DNA of 20,933 bases from an uncultured archaeon. Lineage in GTDB: Archaea > Asgardarchaeota > Thorarchaeia > Thorarchaeales > Thorarchaeaceae. The position numbers were made by a program, and so were the translations under genes. This document shows, piece by piece, positions 8,574 through 16,441 of the stretch. The stretch lies in NCBI GenBank assembly GCA_964354495.1, contig CAYHAA010000016.1:1-20933 (forward strand). Direction: 5' to 3'. How positions within the stretch are numbered: the first letter of the stretch is position 1; the number at the start of each line of letters is the position of its first letter. The notes below the pieces were generated by a model. The model had not been told where the DNA came from. It made no database searches and saw nothing but the letters and a program-made list of their open reading frames with translations.

Positions 8574-9740
8574 CTACGCCGCCAACTTCCTCAGCCTTTC
8601 TGATTCCTCAGTCAGTCGCTTTGCTGCATAGTCTACTTCATCTCGGGTGGTAAATCTGCCGAGACCAATTCTTATCGAAGATGAGATCCTTTCTGAGGAA
8701 TGCCCCATCGCAGTAAGAACATGTGAAGCTTCGACTTTGTTGGTTCCACAGGCGGACCCTGTTGAGAAGGCAATTTCACGCTTCAACGAGTACTGCAATG
8801 CCTTGTTCTGCACTCCAGTGATTGAGATGTTCAGATTATGTGGAAGGCGTAGACGCGGATGACCATTCAGGTAAACATCATCAATTGTGTCTTTCATGTA
8901 GTCTAGCATGAAGTCACGCCAAGAGACGAGCCTTTTTTCCTCTTCGTGGTAAACGTTGTGTGCGATTCTTGTGGCCTCACCAAAACCAACAATCCCAGGA
9001 ACATTTAGAGTTCCCGAACGTAGCCCCTTTTCGTGTCCTCCTCCCAAAATGAGCGGCCGGATTCTTATCCGTGGCCTACGCTTCCTTATTACAAGGGCTC
9101 CGACACCCTTTGGCCCGTACATCTTGTGAGCGGAAACCGACAGCATGTCAACATCCGATTCCTTCATGTCCACTCTAATGTGACCGACGGCCTGAGCGGC
9201 ATCAGTATGAAAGAAGGCTCCTGCTTCGTGCGCAATCTTCACAAGTTCTCTGATGGGTTGGATTGAGCCAACTTCATTGTTGGCGGTCATTATCGTGACG
9301 AGTACAGTGTCTTGTTCAATGGCAGATTCCAAGTCCGCAGGGTCCACAATCCCTTCTTGGTCCACTGGCAGTACTGACAACCTAACTCCGAGTGTCTTTA
9401 GATATTCTGCTGGTTGCAGTACTGCTTTGTGCTCAACGTTGGAGGTTATCATATGCTTTCCTGCAGTCCCCAGTTGAGTCAATAGTCCAATTATCGCCAA
9501 GTTATCAGCTTCAGTTGCTCCACTTGTGAAAATGATTTCTGATGCTTCACAGTTTATCAGATCGGAGATTTGACTCCTAGCCTTCTCGACAGCTTCGTTA
9601 GCCTCAGCACCATAAGCGTGGTCTATAGAAGATGCGTTACCAAGATGTGTCGTAAAGTAGGGGAGCATGCTTTCCAAGACCTCTGGATCGGTCTGTGTCG
9701 TTGCATTGTTGTCCAAATAGATTGGTCTTTCAAGCTTCAT
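8574..9740 (-). CDS. dndA: Cysteine desulfurase DndA (IscS/NifS-like), sulfur donor for DNA phosphorothioation
   Basis: YLDNNATT, FTSGATEADN, PLP lysine in SAHKMYGPKG, catalytic Cys in STGSAC. The gene overlaps the dndE stop by 11 nt. Confidence 0.92.
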   Translation of the reverse strand: MKLERPIYLDNNATTQTDPEVLESMLPYFTTHLGNASSIDHAYGAEANEAVEKARSQISDLINCEASEIIFTSGATEADNLAIIGLLTQLGTAGKHMITSNVEHKAVLQPAEYLKTLGVRLSVLPVDQEGIVDPADLESAIEQDTVLVTIMTANNEVGSIQPIRELVKIAHEAGAFFHTDAAQAVGHIRVDMKESDVDMLSVSAHKMYGPKGVGALVIRKRRPRIRIRPLILGGGHEKGLRSGTLNVPGIVGFGEATRIAHNVYHEEEKRLVSWRDFMLDYMKDTIDDVYLNGHPRLRLPHNLNISITGVQNKALQYSLKREIAFSTGSACGTNKVEASHVLTAMGHSSERISSSIRIGLGRFTTRDEVDYAAKRLTEESERLRKLAA

Positions 9741-10122
9741 TGCTGTTCACCAAGTCCGATTCTGGAAGCATTTTTTGAAGATCCGACAGTGATTTCACCC
9801 GCGAGTGAACCATTGAGATGCCCCTATTCAAATGAGCCTTCAGCTGATGTAATCCGTCTCTTTCAAAATCCAGACCTTCTTCATTAAGCCGTTGTCTGAG
9901 CAGTACAAGAAAAAGCTCATCCCATTCCCCAGTTAGTGTGTAGCGGTTGAATTCCATACCTTCGTCATCCACGTCTGTGCTCGGTCTACTTGGGGTTTCA
10001 AGTGATAGACAAAGCCCAATACGAGAGAGAAGATTGGGAGTAATGCCTGTTCTTCGTTTCAGTACGGAGAGTTTGGAGGTGGATGATCTGCTGACCTTTA
10101 TCTTATTGAAAACCAATCTCAA
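9730..10122 (-). CDS. dndE: DNA sulfur modification protein DndE
   Basis: LKRRTGITPNLLSRIGLCLSLE, EFNRYTLTGE and LKAHLNRGI match the DndE pattern. The gene sits between dndD and dndA and has a TTG start. Confidence 0.92.
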   Translation of the reverse strand: MRLVFNKIKVSRSSTSKLSVLKRRTGITPNLLSRIGLCLSLETPSRPSTDVDDEGMEFNRYTLTGEWDELFLVLLRQRLNEEGLDFERDGLHQLKAHLNRGISMVHSRVKSLSDLQKMLPESDLVNSNEA

Positions 10123-10125
10123 AGA

Positions 10126-12123
10126 CTAGTTCACCCTCCGTCGTTTCTCTTTAATGCTTGACCTACCTGTTCGTTTGTCGAACCTAAGCTTGTAATCTTT
10201 GGCGACGTAAGGTTCGAGTGCGGATCTTAGGTCTTTTGTCAACTCTGTGTTTGTTACAAAAAGCACGATTTGTTCACTAACATGAGGGAGAAACTCCCGA
10301 GTAACGGACCGCCTATTGCTCTTATCGAGTCTTGCCAGCGGCGTGTCGATAAGGAATGGAAAGCCTCTATTGGTGGACGACATAATTGCACCCAGAAGTG
10401 AAATTGCATACAGCTGCTTTTCTCCTGCAGACAGGCGATCCGAATCCTCAACCACTCCATCGTTTCTCTCGAGTTTTGCAGTCAGACTGTCTGGATTCAT
10501 CAGGATTCTAGTGACCTGATTCTTGTCTGACCTCATGGCATTATACACGTTCTTCAAATTTGTCTGAAGACCCTCAATTTTGGCTGATGCCAATTTCCCA
10601 TGAAATTCCTTCAGAACATCCATTGCCGCTTTAGCATAGGCGAGCTTTCTCCCTTGCTTTGATCTTCCCATTATTGTTTCGAGTTCTTTGCCCCGTTCAA
10701 ATTCGGTAGCTGCAATTTTGTCTTCCAGTTTCCCAAGGGCCTCAATTGCATTGATTCTGTCATTCTCTATGGCTGTAAAATCTGTCAGAAGCGTGTGAAG
10801 TTTATCTATGTGAGGTCTAAGTGATTCCTCAGCAGGTACCCTATCTATTTGACGACGAGTAGTTTCTAGTTTTCTGCTAGTTGACTCTAACCGATCAAGC
10901 GACGATTTTAGATCGTCTGCTTTCCTTTTTGATTGTGCAAAAAGATTCATTGCATGTTGGATTTCGGAACTGGAGAAACCATAGACCTCACTGGCGTCGG
11001 GCCGAGGAAAGAGGCCTTTTGCGTCTTGCAGCAGTCTTTCAACATGCCTGTGAAATTGCTCTGCATTCTCTCGTCTGCTCATCTGTGCATCCTCATTGGC
11101 CATACCTCTTATTGCATTAGTGATTTTTTCAGCCATTTCGGACGCGTATCTTGCATCACGAGTCGCTTCATCACGGGCTAAGGTTTCCAGAGTTCGCTCT
11201 ACGAGCTTCGGCGCGTAAACAAACGGAAGTAGATCATTACACAGTTTCGATATCTCGATCCTTATTTCAATAAGCTCACGCTCACACAAGGCTTCATCTT
11301 TAAGCAGCGCATTTCTGGCTTCTGCATACTCTGAACCCTCACGTGCTAGCTTTTGCTCCGCTATTGAAACCTCTTCTTGCTTCTTCCTCGATTTCTCAGA
11401 GATACCTTCGATCTCACCTAGCAGAGATATCTTCTCCTTCTTCAAGTTCGAAACCTGCCTCTCAAGCTCATTCCACCTTTCCTTGTCCGAATCAATCTCA
11501 CTCTGAGCCAACTGGACAGAGAACAATTCTAGGTCCTTCCTCGCTCTCTCGACGAGATCGACTCCGGTTAATGAGAAGAAGCCATCTCGAAGCAATGTGT
11601 ATGTGTTATCATCTTCAGTGAACGTCTTGATCTTTTCTCCATCAAAGAACAAGAGCTGTGATACGCCAATAGGAAAGACATTCATAAGAAACTGACCGGG
11701 TTTTGATATTCTCCTGGTTTTGCCTTTACTATCCGATGCAACCAAGTCGACGTTTTCAATGACGTTTTCTCCTTTGAGAACCCTCCATGAGCGAGTCAGT
11801 ATTAAATCAAGTTCTTCGCCCCGTTCCATGTAGCTCATCACGAGTTTCACCGATGCCCCATCTTTCCTACTCCCAGAGGGAGTTTCGTGAACACGACTTG
11901 CCAGAAACCTGTCATAAGCCGTCTGTGACATGCCCTTGCCATTCACGAATCTACCGTATACACATAATGTCATTGCTTCCAAGAGCGTCGTCTTTCCTGC
12001 GCCATTATTGCCGCAGAAGATCACTACGGGCCGCTCTGGTTGTACTTTATCGTCAATCAACGATACGATTGCTTCTCCTTCAAATACTCCATAGTCTCTG
12101 ATTACTAGCTCTTTCAGAATCAA
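10126..12123 (-). CDS. dndD: DNA sulfur modification protein DndD (SMC/Rad50-like ABC ATPase)
   Basis: Walker A GNNGAGKTT, FFDGEKI, a long coiled coil, signature LSAGEKQL, and Walker B/D-loop LIDTPLARLD. A 4-nt TTGA overlap couples it to dndC. Confidence 0.95.
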   Translation of the reverse strand: MILKELVIRDYGVFEGEAIVSLIDDKVQPERPVVIFCGNNGAGKTTLLEAMTLCVYGRFVNGKGMSQTAYDRFLASRVHETPSGSRKDGASVKLVMSYMERGEELDLILTRSWRVLKGENVIENVDLVASDSKGKTRRISKPGQFLMNVFPIGVSQLLFFDGEKIKTFTEDDNTYTLLRDGFFSLTGVDLVERARKDLELFSVQLAQSEIDSDKERWNELERQVSNLKKEKISLLGEIEGISEKSRKKQEEVSIAEQKLAREGSEYAEARNALLKDEALCERELIEIRIEISKLCNDLLPFVYAPKLVERTLETLARDEATRDARYASEMAEKITNAIRGMANEDAQMSRRENAEQFHRHVERLLQDAKGLFPRPDASEVYGFSSSEIQHAMNLFAQSKRKADDLKSSLDRLESTSRKLETTRRQIDRVPAEESLRPHIDKLHTLLTDFTAIENDRINAIEALGKLEDKIAATEFERGKELETIMGRSKQGRKLAYAKAAMDVLKEFHGKLASAKIEGLQTNLKNVYNAMRSDKNQVTRILMNPDSLTAKLERNDGVVEDSDRLSAGEKQLYAISLLGAIMSSTNRGFPFLIDTPLARLDKSNRRSVTREFLPHVSEQIVLFVTNTELTKDLRSALEPYVAKDYKLRFDKRTGRSSIKEKRRRVN

Positions 12124-13577
12124 GTTTGCTCACCTGCGCCCTTCTCATGAAGTACCTCTTCCTCTGAGCGCCACTCCTCAGACATTATCTTGTCAATCGA
12201 CTTGGTGACAGATGTTCTTCGAGGCAAGCCCTGCATTACTGATTCCAGATCAAGAATCTTCTTCACGAGCTCTAGAGGTGTTCCAGACGCCTCGCAAAGC
12301 TTCTCTAGCATGGATTCCTCCTCTGCTCCGAATCGCGTGATGTCCTCTTTCATCCACTTTAGGTCGTACTCCATTACTTCGTGATATATCGAGGGAACGG
12401 TATCTTCCCAATCGCCCCGTTCGTTTCTCCATATCCTTCTTATTTCATGCAACTCATCTTCAGTTATCAAAGTGAAGTCTTTCTCTGGATGAGTACTTCG
12501 GAGCTTCTTCTGCGCTTGGAGCACCATTCTAAGAACTTTTGCGCTCACGTGTAGATAGTATGGCCCCCGCGCAATAGTTGTATCATCGTCAGTCTTGAAG
12601 AAGACACGTCCATCTCGGTGCTTATAGTCTCTGAATTCTCTCTTCTTGCTCGGATCTGTCGTGTCATAAAGAAAATCTCTGATTTCGAGAAGATCTTCCA
12701 TCCATTCTTCACCAGAGTCTACAAGGTTCTCCATTGACCTATCGCTAGAAACAAGAGTACAAATCCAGCATCCAAACCTCGTGTTTCCGCATGATGGAGT
12801 CGACTTATCGACTACAAGAGGACATTCATTGTCCTGGGCGGTTCTGTACATCCCTAAGAGTTGGTAGTTATCTCCACCCCAAGGAGGCGGCTGCTGTAGG
12901 AGGTATCCCCAAACATCTTCTAATGAGAAATCCTGTATGGGTGCATACACGTATGCACCAGAAAAAGTTGTATGACTATACAAATGCATCCTCTTTGATT
13001 TTCTCAAGGATAGAACTTGATCTCTGGTTGCACTCTCACCTTTTCTGACACCAAGAACGATGATGACTTCACCGTGATACGCTATGCGGTCCATGATGTA
13101 GTCGCTGGTAGGCTGAATCTTTAGACGATCTGTACACCATCGAAATAGGCGAGTAGGTGCAGCGTATCCTCTCCCAATAAGATTCACCCAGTATGTTTGA
13201 CTTAGTCTAGGTCGGACCATCTGGATATGGAAAGGGAGGTTATCTCTTTCTGCTGCTGTCCTCATTCTAGTGACTTGCTCTCGTAGATAGTCAAGTATGA
13301 ACGGATTCTCCACCATCGTATCGGAGGAAACAACATAGAGTGGCTTCTTGCGCTCTTTCTCAGATAGTCCTGAGATGGCCAACCAAACAAGCTGAAGCGC
13401 AGCTGATGAGTCCTTTCCACCACTATAGCCTACAATCCAAGGCCGCTCATCAGCCAAGTACAACGACCTGATTTCGTCGTACGTGCCGTCAAGCCGCATC
13501 TTGTGCAACGGCGGAAAGCTCTCAGCATCCTCCTCAATCAATGCACCAATCTCCTGCTTATCAGTGATTCCTGACAC
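12120..13577 (-). CDS. dndC: DNA phosphorothioation sulfurtransferase DndC (PAPS-reductase/PP-loop family)
   Basis: PWIVGYSGGKDSS (PP-loop), RWCTDRLKIQP, and ECPLVVDKSTPSCGNTRFGCWICTLV. Confidence 0.96.
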   Translation of the reverse strand: MSGITDKQEIGALIEEDAESFPPLHKMRLDGTYDEIRSLYLADERPWIVGYSGGKDSSAALQLVWLAISGLSEKERKKPLYVVSSDTMVENPFILDYLREQVTRMRTAAERDNLPFHIQMVRPRLSQTYWVNLIGRGYAAPTRLFRWCTDRLKIQPTSDYIMDRIAYHGEVIIVLGVRKGESATRDQVLSLRKSKRMHLYSHTTFSGAYVYAPIQDFSLEDVWGYLLQQPPPWGGDNYQLLGMYRTAQDNECPLVVDKSTPSCGNTRFGCWICTLVSSDRSMENLVDSGEEWMEDLLEIRDFLYDTTDPSKKREFRDYKHRDGRVFFKTDDDTTIARGPYYLHVSAKVLRMVLQAQKKLRSTHPEKDFTLITEDELHEIRRIWRNERGDWEDTVPSIYHEVMEYDLKWMKEDITRFGAEEESMLEKLCEASGTPLELVKKILDLESVMQGLPRRTSVTKSIDKIMSEEWRSEEEVLHEKGAGEQT

Positions 13578-14647
13578 TCTATTTCTTCTGCTGCTAGATT
13601 AACTCCGAGAATCTCCTTTATTGCAATTGATGTTAATTTTAGATTGAGATGGGCTTTACTTATTTTTCCACCTTCCATAGCCACACCTTCCCACATTTTG
13701 GTATTTCCTCGCCTCCAATCTAAAGAGTGGAGAACCATAAGGCGTCCCCTCCAACTGTCTGGATACTGCTCAATCAATGAACGCCCAGCAATTCCAAGCG
13801 CCACCAGTACGACACCATGGGAGTGCACGAACTTCCTTCGCAAAACGCTGCTCTTGATTTCTCCATTGAGAAAGGATTTCCACTCAGGGATCACAACAGA
13901 AACAGCATTCCAGTAGTCAATTGCCAGTTTCTTCTCACTAGCGCTCACATTATCACCTTTGGTTTTATTCATCAAGTTACAGAAAGCTTGGTAGACATTA
14001 CTAAGTGTGAAGAGTTTTATTGATCGGTTTGATAGAGAAGTCTTCTCATATTCGACAGCTCCTCTAAACAGTGGAACGGTTGAAACGAGTTCGAGAGTTG
14101 CTGCAGCTACCGGATCTCGTCTATCATATAGTATGCTTAATGATTTTGTCGGCCGAACGGCATATCTGTTGAGATCTGCAAACATTTGTTGAGATTGCTT
14201 TAGGTCAGAATCAACAAATATCACAAGTGGGATTGCTTCTGACGCCAACTCTTTCTTCTTCTGAATTGCATCGAATATTGCTGCTCTGCGATGCTGCCCA
14301 TCATTTATCACGAATTTCGCAGATGCAGGGACCGTAAGAAATCCTTGGTCAGATGATGAATCATCGTTAATTGGGGTGAATACAATCTCCGAATCAACTG
14401 ATACAGTTAATGCAGAAAACACATATGAATTGGGATTATCTAGAATGTATCGTACTATATCTGGTACACGACGGTGGTTGATAGTTCTTTGTGCTCTGAA
14501 GTCAGGGGGCAATTCATCTTCATTGTATACCGTTATCTTGCATACTGTATCAAGAGGGCACATAGTGATATAGTACTCTCGACCTGCTTGAATTCCCCTT
14601 ATGGCAGAGAATGAAAGACTGAACGACTTGCTTTCAATACTTTTCAT
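13538..14647 (-). CDS. dndB: DNA sulfur modification protein DndB (DGQHR-domain regulator)
   Basis: AIRGIQAGREYY, RAQRTIN..RV..I..YIL, INDGQHRRAAI, and QQMFADLNRYAVRP..SL.ILYD.RD. It is the first gene of the operon and overlaps dndC by 40 nt. Confidence 0.95.
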   Translation of the reverse strand: MKSIESKSFSLSFSAIRGIQAGREYYITMCPLDTVCKITVYNEDELPPDFRAQRTINHRRVPDIVRYILDNPNSYVFSALTVSVDSEIVFTPINDDSSSDQGFLTVPASAKFVINDGQHRRAAIFDAIQKKKELASEAIPLVIFVDSDLKQSQQMFADLNRYAVRPTKSLSILYDRRDPVAAATLELVSTVPLFRGAVEYEKTSLSNRSIKLFTLSNVYQAFCNLMNKTKGDNVSASEKKLAIDYWNAVSVVIPEWKSFLNGEIKSSVLRRKFVHSHGVVLVALGIAGRSLIEQYPDSWRGRLMVLHSLDWRRGNTKMWEGVAMEGGKISKAHLNLKLTSIAIKEILGVNLAAEEIECQESLISRRLVH

Positions 14648-14845
14648 GTTTCACGCCAAATTGCCTAGTAGAATGTACGTCAAAATAAGACTTCCGGAAA
14701 TCAGAATAAAACATACCAATCTGGTGTTATGACATGAGTGGATTCGTTCCATTCAACAGAAGAAGTCTTCTTTACCTCTAGGAATAAACAAGATTCTGAG
14801 AATCCGAACCGCAGAGGCAAAGGTCATTCTTGAAACATAGATTAC

Positions 14846-14889
14846 TAAGACTTTTTTAAGGACGCTTCAAATCTGTCGGGAGAGGAGGT
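14846..14889 (+). promoter_or_regulatory. Putative archaeal promoter (TATA) and SD for the ParB operon
   Basis: TTTTTAAG at 14853-14860, preceded by TAAGAC. GGAGGT lies at 14884-14889, 6 nt before the ATG at 14896. Confidence 0.6.
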
Positions 14890-14895
14890 TGTATT

Positions 14896-15720
14896 ATGTC
14901 TTCATATGTAGTTGATGAAATCCCAGTCAAATCGGTTGTAGCATCGAAATCTCAGAGTAGACAAAGAAAAGTCATGGATGATATCGATGAGCTTGCAAAT
15001 AACATTAGAGTGTTCGGATTGATTCATCCTGTTACTGTATTTGAGAAGGATGGAAAGTATGAGCTAATAGCAGGACAAAGAAGATTCCTTGCAGTTCAAA
15101 AGCTAGGATGGAAAACAATCCCAGCGCATGTTGTACCTGAGCCCGAAGACCCTATCAAAGCCAAGGCATATTCTTTCTCGGAAACATTCATGAGAACGGA
15201 TATGGTTGAACAGGATCTAATAGAAGCTTGCACTTTCTTCTACAATACCTACGGGAATATGGCATTGGTAGCCACTGAATTGGGCTTGCCTTACCCCAAG
15301 GTGAGAAAGTACGTAAAAATGGCTCAACTTCCCGAATCATTGAAAAAGAAGGTTCAAGATGGCACTATAAGTTTCGACAGAGCGCTCAAAGCAGTAGAAT
15401 TCTCTACTGATGAGAATCTCAATGTTGACGAAGAAAAGTCCTTGGAGCTAGCGATAGAATTGCAGAAGATGACTGGCTCACAAGTCAAGCAGGTTGGAGA
15501 ATTGGTCAGAGCTGAGCCCTCTGCAACTGTGTCAGAGCTTGTTGAAGCCGGCGCCAAGCCACCAAAGATCAGAGAACTTAGGATTGAATTGCATACAAGT
15601 GGCTATAAGTCACTCTCAAAATACTCAAAGGACACCAAGGCAACATCTGAATCCGAAGCAGCAGTAGAACTCCTCCTGGAAGCTCTTTCGAACAAGGGAT
15701 ACTACGAAGAGGAGGAGTAA
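14896..15720 (+). CDS. ParB/Spo0J-family protein (ParB N-terminal domain, HTH, and a C-terminal RHH-like dimerisation segment)
   Basis: DELANNIRVFGLIHPVTV...YELIAGQRRFLAVQKLGWKTIPA (arginine patch GxxRxxA). HTH YGNMALVATELGL...V...KMAQLP. No parA is present in the window. Confidence 0.9.
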   Translation: MSSYVVDEIPVKSVVASKSQSRQRKVMDDIDELANNIRVFGLIHPVTVFEKDGKYELIAGQRRFLAVQKLGWKTIPAHVVPEPEDPIKAKAYSFSETFMRTDMVEQDLIEACTFFYNTYGNMALVATELGLPYPKVRKYVKMAQLPESLKKKVQDGTISFDRALKAVEFSTDENLNVDEEKSLELAIELQKMTGSQVKQVGELVRAEPSATVSELVEAGAKPPKIRELRIELHTSGYKSLSKYSKDTKATSESEAAVELLLEALSNKGYYEEEE

Positions 15721-15721
15721 G

Positions 15722-16441
15722 TTGGCACTCAATTCACGGGAAATTGCTGAGCTGATTATGAGTGTGGGCACCCACTCAAAAGAGCGACCGCTTTCGCCAA
15801 TCGAGGTGGCTGAAAGAATGAGAGTGCTCTTAGATGAATACGGCTCTAGGTCAGCAGTGGCAAGGCGGCTCGGATTGAAAGGCGTTGACATGGTGAACAG
15901 GTTCCTCGCATTGCTGAAACTTCCTCTTACAGTTAGGAATGCCATTGGCTGGAGAGGACCACAAGAGGGTGAGATAGGCTTAGACATCGCATATCGTATC
16001 TCAACACTAGACAATCCTAGGGAACAGGATACACTAGTGAAAGTTGTGATTCAGGAACCTCTTAGCAAAGAAGAAGTCCTTGACATCGTAACCTTACGAA
16101 ATAAGAATCCAGAGATGACGATTGAGGACTGCATTGAAACCAGGATTAAGATCCGCCCTATTGTAGAAACAGGGTATCTTTTGGTCTTCGAGATAAATGA
16201 AACTACGATCAAATTACTCAGAGAGAATACTGTCGAAAACGTAGAGAAGCATCTGGAGGAAATAATTGAGTGTGTGGTAGAAAAAGCTGAAATTGAATCA
16301 ATAAGATACAAATCCGGTATTGCGATATTCGTCCTATCAGAGAGGGGTTACCAGCAACTAACCATGTTTGCCAAGGAGAGAGGAGTAGACAAGAAAGATC
16401 TGTTAGATATTCTGATCTCTAAGAGGGTCAATGAACTATGA
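15722..16441 (+). CDS. ParB-like HTH protein lacking the N-terminal ParB (CTPase) domain
   Basis: PLSPIEVAERMRVLLDEYGSRSAVARRLGL...VNRFLALLKLP is the ParB/Spo0J HTH block and begins about 20 aa from the N-terminus. The TTG start lies 1 nt after the upstream TAA, and there is an ATGA overlap with the next gene. Confidence 0.8.
   Translation: MALNSREIAELIMSVGTHSKERPLSPIEVAERMRVLLDEYGSRSAVARRLGLKGVDMVNRFLALLKLPLTVRNAIGWRGPQEGEIGLDIAYRISTLDNPREQDTLVKVVIQEPLSKEEVLDIVTLRNKNPEMTIEDCIETRIKIRPIVETGYLLVFEINETTIKLLRENTVENVEKHLEEIIECVVEKAEIESIRYKSGIAIFVLSERGYQQLTMFAKERGVDKKDLLDILISKRVNEL

Noticed and set aside
8574-9740. Interpreting the cysteine desulfurase as housekeeping IscS
   Set aside because: It overlaps dndE, has no iscU/suf neighbours and lies in the low-GC island, so DndA is the better call.
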